Assembly: GCA_001792535.1 (NCBI GenBank)
Contig: MGGS01000014.1
Location: 1-62,999 of the forward strand
Length of the DNA: 62,999 nt
Direction: 5' to 3'
Origin: Candidatus Woesebacteria bacterium RIFCSPHIGHO2_02_FULL_42_20
Lineage (GTDB): Bacteria; Patescibacteriota; Microgenomatia; UBA8517
The notes under the pieces were generated by a model that searched no databases, was not told the origin of the DNA, and saw only the letters and a program-made list of their open reading frames with translations. Shown one piece after another: positions 46,343 through 52,841 of the stretch. Position 1 is the first letter of the stretch, and every line of letters starts with the position of its first letter. Both the position numbers and the translations under genes were made by a program.

Positions 46343-46680
46343 TTTCTTTGAATAAACTCTACTTTATTACCGTCTGGGTCAACCACGCTAAATTCGTTTC
46401 CCCATGGCCTAACTTGCATATGTTTAATAAAATTAACGTCCTCTTTTATCATTCTTTTATAATCTTTTTCTATACTGTCGGTTGCAATAAAAATGGTCTG
46501 TGCCCCTGGAATTTCCCTTTTTTCGACTTTTTTCTTAACGCCAAGTCGAGCATTGTCGAACAAAAATGAAGCATACTTTTCCTGTTCGACATATTCAACT
46601 TTTAACCCAATAATATCTCGATAAAACTCGATGGCTTTATTAATATCATTGCTATACAAAACCGCACTATCTAATTTCAT
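46339..46680 (-). CDS. VOC (glyoxalase/bleomycin-resistance) family protein
   Basis: 113 aa with AIEFYRDIIGLKV and PWGNEFSVVDPDGNKVEF. It is the first gene of the long minus-strand gene train. Confidence 0.65.
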   Translation of the reverse strand: MKLDSAVLYSNDINKAIEFYRDIIGLKVEYVEQEKYASFLFDNARLGVKKKVEKREIPGAQTIFIATDSIEKDYKRMIKEDVNFIKHMQVRPWGNEFSVVDPDGNKVEFIQRK

Positions 46681-46886
46681 CTCAATCTTCCACTTCCTCT
46701 GACTGTTCCATGTAAAAAGCTGGAAAGTCTATTGTAATGTATTTCATTTTACAAACTCGCAATATCACTTTTAAATTTCATCCCCTCGCGCAAAACAGAA
46801 ACTTTTAAATACCCCTCCCCGTTACCCATTATTTCCAAGATTTGCAGAGCACAAAGCCCGCTCGTAAGGTATAATATACTAAATAT
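46681..46886. promoter_or_regulatory. divergent promoter region (largest non-coding gap in the window)
   Basis: These 206 bp lie between the minus-strand gene train and the plus-strand AbiEii-like pair. TATAAT sits at 46870-46875, 11 nt before the ATG at 46887. On the minus strand, a GGAAG SD-like element lies about 6 nt before the ATG at 46680, with TACAAT further upstream. Confidence 0.4.
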
Positions 46887-47186
46887 ATGCCTACTATACC
46901 ACAATCACTCCAAGGTGTTTTATGGTCACGTAAAATTAAAAATCTGGATCTTAAAAAGGATAAAAATTATATAATCCACCAAGTTTTAGCATACGGAACG
47001 TGGGAAGACCTCAAATGGCTTTTTAAAACCTACTCAAGGTTACAAATTAAAAACATTTTTCTAAAATATCCCGCCAAAGATTACAAACCGGTGGTTTTTA
47101 ACTTCGTTACCAAAATCCTACTTGGCTTAAAACAATACCCCGACCAGCAAAAATATGTCACAACTTATCCTCGCATCATTGAATAA
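46887..47186 (+). CDS. small conserved protein, putative partner/antitoxin of the downstream nucleotidyltransferase
   Basis: 99 aa. LWSRKIKNLDLKKDKNYIIHQVLAYGTWEDLKWLFKTY resembles short proteins I recall upstream of AbiEii-like genes (possibly DUF6922). It overlaps the next gene by 32 nt. Confidence 0.45.
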   Translation: MPTIPQSLQGVLWSRKIKNLDLKKDKNYIIHQVLAYGTWEDLKWLFKTYSRLQIKNIFLKYPAKDYKPVVFNFVTKILLGLKQYPDQQKYVTTYPRIIE

Positions 47187-47793
47187 AAACAGGTTTAAAG
47201 TTTTTAATAAATTAAGAGCTTTTAAAAATATGGGGGTGCTCGGTGGTGGTACGGCTTTAGCCCTGCAAGTCGGTCATAGAGTTTCCTTTGACTTCGATAT
47301 TTTTTCCTACCACGCGTTACCTGGCCATTTATGGAAAGATGCCAAAAAAGTTTTAGGGCAAGATTGCGAAAAGCTGCTGGACTTTGAGGATCAACTGAAT
47401 TTAATAACTCCAGGGGGTGTTGAGGTAACTTTTTTCCATGACGAATATCAGCCTCTCTTCAAAGCAATAAAAACTAACTTCATCGACCTCATGGATCTTC
47501 GGGATATAGCCTGTAATAAAGCTTATATTATTGGGAGAAGACCCAAATGGAGAGACTATGTAGATATATATTTTCTACTCAAAGATAAAAAAATATCTTT
47601 AGATCAACTTTTAAAGTTATCGATAAGGAAATTTAAAAACGATTTCTCTAAGCGCCTATTCCTACAACAACTTGTTTATTATAGTGATATTACTGACTAT
47701 AAAATAGAGTTTCTAAAGGATGAAATATCACCAGATAAGATTAAAGTCTTCCTAGAAGGAGAAGTAAGCAGATACAAAACGAGAGAGCTGTAA
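47155..47793 (+). CDS. AbiEii/AbiGii-family nucleotidyltransferase (toxin-like)
   Basis: 212 aa. The N-terminal GGGTALALQVGHRVSFDFDIF matches the GGTAL..R.S.D.D NTase motif of AbiEii. Confidence 0.6.
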   Translation: MSQLILASLNKNRFKVFNKLRAFKNMGVLGGGTALALQVGHRVSFDFDIFSYHALPGHLWKDAKKVLGQDCEKLLDFEDQLNLITPGGVEVTFFHDEYQPLFKAIKTNFIDLMDLRDIACNKAYIIGRRPKWRDYVDIYFLLKDKKISLDQLLKLSIRKFKNDFSKRLFLQQLVYYSDITDYKIEFLKDEISPDKIKVFLEGEVSRYKTREL

Positions 47794-47794
47794 T

Positions 47795-49339
47795 TTAATC
47801 AGTAACAATGCCAACGGCTTCGGAAATGTTTTTAAAGCCTTTCCTTTCCATTATATCCAATAGTTCAAAATTAATCTGGTTAACCAGTTGCGGGCCTTCG
47901 TAAACTAATCCTGTTATTAATTGCACAAGCGACGCTCCAAGTGTAATTTTCTCCCACGCATCCCGGCCACTGAATACTCCGCCGCAACCGATGATTATAA
48001 ACCTGTCCCTGTAATGTTTATAAGCAAGCTTTATAAGTTCGTTGCTTCTTTTGTAAGTCGGTTTACCGCTAAAACTGCCTACTTTAAACTTTTTTACTTC
48101 TTCTTTAACAAGCGCCGGGTCGTTCCTGTCCTTTTGCAGGTTGCCAAAAATCACGCCCTTGGGGCAGCGCTTCGCAATCACTTCCAACATCTCTAGCACT
48201 TCAGTGTCGTTTTTTTCAATCGGCATTTTGGCAAAAATCGGTTTTTTGATTCTTAGTTTATCAACTGCTTTCAGAAGTTCTTCCAAATTTTTCGGAGGAT
48301 AAAACGCCACATTTCCGTGAATCAAGTTAGGACAACTGATATTCAATTCGTAGTAAGAATTATTAACGTGCGCTTTCTCAAAAGTTTCAAAAGCTTGAAC
48401 AATATCTTTGATGCTGTCTTTCTGATTGGATAACTTGGGAGAATTTGTCCGTCCGATACTTATTCCGACCGGAATCTTGAAATCTAATCCCTTCAATCTG
48501 CTCGCAACATTTATTGCGCCTGAGCTTTTAAAACCTTTATTTACCATCAAAGATTTGGACATTGGAAGGCGCCCAAGCATAGGTTTGGGATTTCCCTCGT
48601 AGGGCATATTGGTCACTGTCCCGACACTCATAAAACCAAAATTAAGTGACGGCAGAAATTGAGTCAACCGGGCTTCATAATCAAAACCGGCAGCCAAACC
48701 AATAGGATTACCGAAGCCGATTCCGTAAATTTTTTGGCTAAGCCGCGTGTTTTTGCTCTTCAAAAAGATTTCAGCAGTTTTTTTAATTAAATTAGATTTT
48801 CCTGCAAATTCGCCTGCAACAAGCATGTTATTGTGAACAGCCTCAGGATCAATTAGAAATAAAATATTTTTAATAAAATGCTTATACAGCACATTAATTT
48901 TTATCGCAGCCAGTCTTTTTCTCTCCCCACTAAATTTAGTCCAGATAAAATAAAATAAACCGAAACTGATCAGGGCCGACGCCGTACAGTACAAACAAAT
49001 CGAACCTATTACAAAAAACTGTAAATACATCAAATACACAGACACTACTAATCCGACCAAAGTTTGAAGTAAACTCAAATATCTAAATATTTTTTTACCC
49101 GCTTTAATACTCAACACAACAAATCCCATCAACACCAGATAATTAACCAACCCAACCAGTGCAAGCGGGATACCGAAAACTACAGAATACTGGCTGTTTA
49201 ACACTTTCCCACAATCAATAAAAATATTTGTTGAGCAGGGTGGGATTGAATTTGAATAATGCTCCCAAGTCAGGTAGGCGGTATCCAAAATCCCAAAAAA
49301 AACCAATGAAATAATAACTTTAAACTTATTAAATTTCAT
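47795..49339 (-). CDS. pyrD: VKOR domain fused to dihydroorotate dehydrogenase (class-2-like)
   Basis: 514 aa. Residues 1-~135 form four TM helices with loop Cys35/Cys43 (PPCSTNIFIDCGKVLNSQYS) and CLYC (aa 115-118, nt 48986-48997), which I read as a VKOR signature. Residues ~150-514 are DHODH: LIDPEAVH, GLAAGFD, GTVTNMPYEGNPKPMLGRL, NKGFKSSG, ELNISCPN (nt 48326-48343) and IIGCGGV..GASLVQL. Confidence 0.8.
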   Translation of the reverse strand: MKFNKFKVIISLVFFGILDTAYLTWEHYSNSIPPCSTNIFIDCGKVLNSQYSVVFGIPLALVGLVNYLVLMGFVVLSIKAGKKIFRYLSLLQTLVGLVVSVYLMYLQFFVIGSICLYCTASALISFGLFYFIWTKFSGERKRLAAIKINVLYKHFIKNILFLIDPEAVHNNMLVAGEFAGKSNLIKKTAEIFLKSKNTRLSQKIYGIGFGNPIGLAAGFDYEARLTQFLPSLNFGFMSVGTVTNMPYEGNPKPMLGRLPMSKSLMVNKGFKSSGAINVASRLKGLDFKIPVGISIGRTNSPKLSNQKDSIKDIVQAFETFEKAHVNNSYYELNISCPNLIHGNVAFYPPKNLEELLKAVDKLRIKKPIFAKMPIEKNDTEVLEMLEVIAKRCPKGVIFGNLQKDRNDPALVKEEVKKFKVGSFSGKPTYKRSNELIKLAYKHYRDRFIIIGCGGVFSGRDAWEKITLGASLVQLITGLVYEGPQLVNQINFELLDIMERKGFKNISEAVGIVTD

Positions 49340-49380
49340 AAAAATTCGCTTACCAGTATAATACTACTTAGCTCCCCAAT
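49340..49380. promoter_or_regulatory. 41-bp divergent spacer with -10-like box
   Basis: TATAAT at 49357-49362 lies 18 nt before the ATG at 49381. The complement strand carries TATTAT about 22 nt before the ATG at 49339. Confidence 0.35.
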
Positions 49381-50508
49381 ATGGAACTTAAAAAGATACT
49401 GATTTTAATGGCTAAAACCGGCGGAGGCCACAATGCAGTCGCCGAAGCAGTCAAAGAAGTTTTTGATAAAAGCTACAAAGGCCGTGTGGAGGCGCAAGTA
49501 GTTGACGGCTTGAGAACGTTTGCTCCTTTCCCAATCAGTCACCTGGACTCGACTTACCCCTGGCAAATTAAGCTTGACGGAGGTTTGACCTACGGGGCGG
49601 CCTGGAGACTATTGAATCACAAAGGAATAGCCAAAGGATTTATGAGGTCATGGCAACCTGTAGTCGAGTCAGCAGCCAAAAAAATCGTAAACCAAAAAGT
49701 TGATGCAATTGTCATAACCCACCCAGTTTTTGTCCACCCATGCGTCTGGGCAATCAAGAAATTTAAAAAGAAAACAAAATTTATCGTCATTGTCCCGGAT
49801 CTTAAAGTCACTCACGCCTTGTACGGTAATCCTGATATTGATTTAATGTTAGTTCCTTCGCATGAATGTTTCGATCAAGCAATTCGTCATGGAGTTTCTT
49901 CGCAAAAAATTAAATTAGTAGGTCTACCTCTACGAATGAGTTTTAGAAAAAAATATCCCGCCAAAAAAGATTTGAGGAAAAATCTGGGATTTGATCCTAA
50001 TAAATCTCTAGTTTTATTAATGGGTGGAGGGGAAGGGTTAGGAAGTTTTAAAAAAACAGCAGTTTACTTAAACAAACTAAAAGATATTCAGACAATCGCA
50101 TTTGTCGGCAAAAATGACAATCTCAAAAATTCTTTACTTAATGAAAATCTAGGCCCGGATTTTCATGTCCAGGGGTTTACCGACGAAATCGCGATGTTTA
50201 TGAAAGCAGCTGACATCGTGGTGACAAAGGCTGGCCCCACGACAATCTGCGAAGCACTTGTCTGTGGGTTACCAATAATAATTAACGGTTTTATCCCAAA
50301 TCAGGAAAGCAAAAATGCAAAATATGTTGAAGAGATCGGCTCCGGAAAAATTGTCGAGGATCCCGAAAAAATTACCAGAACGGTAAAAAGATGGCTTAAA
50401 GACAAGTCCCTGCTTACTAAAATGGCAAAAAACGCACTAGACAGTTCCGACCCAAAATCTGCTTTGAAAGCCGCAAAAGAGATTTACAATTTTTTAGCCA
50501 CTAAATGA
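49381..50508 (+). CDS. GT28 MGDG-synthase/UgtP-like diacylglycerol glycosyltransferase
   Basis: 375 aa with ILILMAKTGGGHNAVAEAV and C-terminal DIVVTKAGPTTICEALVCGLPIII..NQESKNA. Confidence 0.75.
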   Translation: MELKKILILMAKTGGGHNAVAEAVKEVFDKSYKGRVEAQVVDGLRTFAPFPISHLDSTYPWQIKLDGGLTYGAAWRLLNHKGIAKGFMRSWQPVVESAAKKIVNQKVDAIVITHPVFVHPCVWAIKKFKKKTKFIVIVPDLKVTHALYGNPDIDLMLVPSHECFDQAIRHGVSSQKIKLVGLPLRMSFRKKYPAKKDLRKNLGFDPNKSLVLLMGGGEGLGSFKKTAVYLNKLKDIQTIAFVGKNDNLKNSLLNENLGPDFHVQGFTDEIAMFMKAADIVVTKAGPTTICEALVCGLPIIINGFIPNQESKNAKYVEEIGSGKIVEDPEKITRTVKRWLKDKSLLTKMAKNALDSSDPKSALKAAKEIYNFLATK

Positions 50509-51401
50509 TAATAGTAACTTCCGGAACAAAATATACAGACGTCGATGTTTTGGCCTGTGCAACAGCGTATAGCGATTTGCTAAATCTGCTAAATAAACCT
50601 GCAACGGCGGTTCTTTACGGACCATTAAACGCAAGTATCACAAAAACAGTCAAATCTTGGAAACTTAATTACAAAAGCCGGCATAGTCCAAAACCAAAAG
50701 ACTGTTTTGTTTTAGTGGATACATCAAATCCGGATGTTTTTTTGAATAAAGTCAATTTAGATAACGTAATCGAAATTTACGACCACCATTTTGGCTGGGA
50801 AAAATATTGGTCCGCGAAACTCGGAAGAAATTCACACATTGAACACGTAGGTGCCTGTGCCACATTAATTTGGGAAGAATTTAGAAAGAAAAAGTTAACA
50901 AACAAAGTATCCAAGACGTCAGCAAGATTGTTACTCACCGCAATAGTTTCAAACACATTAAACTTCAAGTCGTCTGTGACTATAAATAGAGATAAGAACG
51001 CTTACAAAGAATTATCGAAATATGCCAGACTGGGTAATAACTGGGCACAAAAATACTTTAGGGAAGTAGAGGAAAACGTTTACCAAAATCCTGACGCTTC
51101 GCTAAAAAACGACTCCAAAGGTCTTAGTGACATAGCCATAGGTCAAATAGAACTTTGGGACAGTAGTAAGTTTTTCTCGAAGTACCTACCAATAGCTAAA
51201 AAAGTTCTTACAGGATTTGGCAATCCAAAATGGTTTCTTACGTCACCAAGCATATCTGAAGGAGTCAACTACATATACTCTGAGAATGATGAGGTTAAAT
51301 TCCTTCTTTCGAAACACATCGGCGCAAAATTTGAAGGGGACATCGGAAAAACAAGGAAACTTTGGCTCAGGAAAGAGATTTTAAAAGTATTAAACTTGTG
51401 A
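50505..51401 (+). CDS. DHH/DHHA2 phosphoesterase, family-II pyrophosphatase (PpaC)-like with altered metal motifs
   Basis: 298 aa with an ATGA overlap to the GT28 gene. Motifs are TDVDVLACA (DxD), VLVDTSN, IYDHH, GACATLIWEEF and LLLTAIVSNTLNFKSSVT. Compared with my memory of PpaC, the first His and the DHN motif are substituted. Confidence 0.6.
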   Translation: MIIVTSGTKYTDVDVLACATAYSDLLNLLNKPATAVLYGPLNASITKTVKSWKLNYKSRHSPKPKDCFVLVDTSNPDVFLNKVNLDNVIEIYDHHFGWEKYWSAKLGRNSHIEHVGACATLIWEEFRKKKLTNKVSKTSARLLLTAIVSNTLNFKSSVTINRDKNAYKELSKYARLGNNWAQKYFREVEENVYQNPDASLKNDSKGLSDIAIGQIELWDSSKFFSKYLPIAKKVLTGFGNPKWFLTSPSISEGVNYIYSENDEVKFLLSKHIGAKFEGDIGKTRKLWLRKEILKVLNL

Positions 51402-51413
51402 CAAAAGAGTTCC

Positions 51414-52190
51414 CTAAAATTGTAACAAGCTAATTAAATCATCAAGATCGATCTCTGGCCTAAGTCTTTTTGTTCTATGGCTCGTTTGCATTGTATCAGT
51501 AAGTGGAATAATACTTCGAATATCAAATGTTCTCCCTCTTCGTATTTTTGTTGCAAGATTGGGATCACCCCTAGTTGTAAAACTCAAGTCGACTCCTGTT
51601 CTTCTAACTACATCGGCATAAAAAACGTTCATATCCTCTGTAACATCCCTCGGTGGAATCATCCCGGTATACCCGACATACGGCCAGTAGTCCCAAAGTG
51701 ATAAGATTACCGTTCTTGGCAAAAAAGGTCTTCTTCTTCCTGGATTTTGCCCAAAATAAGAATCAGGCTCAAATAAATAAACAACTTTGTCGACAACACC
51801 GCTCATATATTCCGCCGCACTTCGATGGCCGGCATGGCCTTCGCCCGTTGCAAGTAAAAGAACTCCACTCGTAAGCCCGTGACTACGGTCAACTTCGACA
51901 GCGGCAGCCAAATCAACCAAATTCCTTTGCAGTTTCACCGAAGGAGTTAAAGTGGTACTTTCCGGAGAGAATTTACTCAAGTGGTTTATCCAAAAATTTA
52001 ACCAGTCCCTCAAACCTTCTCGTCTTTGGTTCAAATGTGGGCCGGGTACTGTTGACAAAAATTCTGATGCTTCTGCCAACGCAACACCCAAGTAACCGGG
52101 AGAGATTACCATCCTGTTTTGGACCATCTCGTCAAGGGTTAGTCCGCCCAAAACTTCAGGTCTAAAATCACTTAAGTATTCCGGAGCCAT
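51414..52190 (-). CDS. nucleotidyltransferase-superfamily (HxGH, cytidylyltransferase-like) protein with N-terminal extension
   Basis: 258 aa. LLLATGEGHAGHRSAAEYM..VVYLFEPD resembles the G-x-x-x-x-H-x-G-H plus beta-strand pattern. C-terminal TMQTSHRTKRL resembles the ISxTxIR motif. The gene is visibly GC-richer than its neighbours. Confidence 0.35.
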   Translation of the reverse strand: MAPEYLSDFRPEVLGGLTLDEMVQNRMVISPGYLGVALAEASEFLSTVPGPHLNQRREGLRDWLNFWINHLSKFSPESTTLTPSVKLQRNLVDLAAAVEVDRSHGLTSGVLLLATGEGHAGHRSAAEYMSGVVDKVVYLFEPDSYFGQNPGRRRPFLPRTVILSLWDYWPYVGYTGMIPPRDVTEDMNVFYADVVRRTGVDLSFTTRGDPNLATKIRRGRTFDIRSIIPLTDTMQTSHRTKRLRPEIDLDDLISLLQF

Positions 52191-52299
52191 TGATCAGATT
52201 ATACCCTCTCTTTCAAGCACCGATTATATAATCAAATTGCTATGATTGTTCACATTGAAATGGACGCTGGGTCAATAGGGATAGATTTTGAAGACAACG
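52191..52299 (-). promoter_or_regulatory. promoter region of 51414-52190, -10 box 7 nt from the start codon
   Basis: The minus strand reads ..GAGAGGGTATAATCTGATCA-ATG. TATAAT is the complement of 52198-52203, and exactly 7 nt separate it from the ATG (52188-52190). Confidence 0.4.
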
Positions 52300-52833
52300 C
52301 TATGCATATTTAAGAAGTTGTGGTATTTTTACTACACCGTCTTTTTTAGTAAAATGGCCTGAATCTTTAATTAGAATAAATTTCCCTTTTAATCTTTTGC
52401 TCATTTGCTCAGTTACGACAGCTGTTGTATACGGGTCATTATCTGAAGATACACAATAGATTTCTTTAACATTTTTCTTTATTTTCGAATGATTAATTTT
52501 ATTCTTCCAAAACAAACGATGTCGTGGCTCTGTTAAATCGTCAAAATCCCAACCTGCAACCAGAAACATTTTCTGATATTTATATCTTTCGGCTAACCTC
52601 AAGGCCAAAATTGCCCCTAAACTGTGGCCGATAATTACCGTACTTTCGTCAATTCTGAAATTTTTCTCGACGAACTTTATTTGCTTTTGCATGTCAGGAA
52701 GTTTTGTGTCCATCGTCGGCAACTCGGGAATATAAACCTTGTATCCTTTCTTCTCCAATTCTTTTTTTAGCCATGGGTACCAATTATCATCCGGATTATT
52801 AAACCACCCCTCCAAGATCAGTGCTTTTCTCAC
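52300..52833 (-). CDS. RBBP9/YdeN-like alpha/beta serine hydrolase
   Basis: 177 aa with a GTG start. Motifs are ALILEGWFNNPDDNWYPW, GHSLGA (GxSxG), SSDNDPY and DSGHF. Confidence 0.65.
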   Translation of the reverse strand: MRKALILEGWFNNPDDNWYPWLKKELEKKGYKVYIPELPTMDTKLPDMQKQIKFVEKNFRIDESTVIIGHSLGAILALRLAERYKYQKMFLVAGWDFDDLTEPRHRLFWKNKINHSKIKKNVKEIYCVSSDNDPYTTAVVTEQMSKRLKGKFILIKDSGHFTKKDGVVKIPQLLKYA

Positions 52834-52841
52834 AGCTTTAA

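Noticed and set aside
46681-46886. Two tiny minus-strand ORFs in the largest intergenic gap: MKYITIDFPAFYMEQSEEVED and MGNGEGYLKVSVLREGMKFKSDIASL.
   Set aside because: At 20-26 aa they are too short to support, with no motif and no convincing SD. They could be leader peptides or gene remnants, but I cannot support either reading from sequence alone.
47795-49339. The possibility that the VKOR-DHODH ORF is two genes joined by a sequencing frameshift.
   Set aside because: This is not fully rejected. However, the frame is open throughout. The linker (aa ~135-160) leads directly into the class-2 DHODH N-terminal helix motif, and no alternative start with an SD is visible at the DHODH boundary. 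I kept it as a finding and noted that read-level verification is needed.
51402-51413. I looked for Rho-independent terminators at the convergent gene ends (51402-51413, 47794, 23184-23187, 20115-20167, 31690-31703).
   Set aside because: The spacers are 0-12 nt or the genes overlap. I found no GC-rich hairpin followed by a T-tract.
52242-52313. A 23-aa plus-strand ORF (MIVHIEMDAGSIGIDFEDNAMHI) in the 109-bp gap.
   Set aside because: It is very short, overlaps the stop of the hydrolase gene, and has no promoter or SD context. It is most likely chance.
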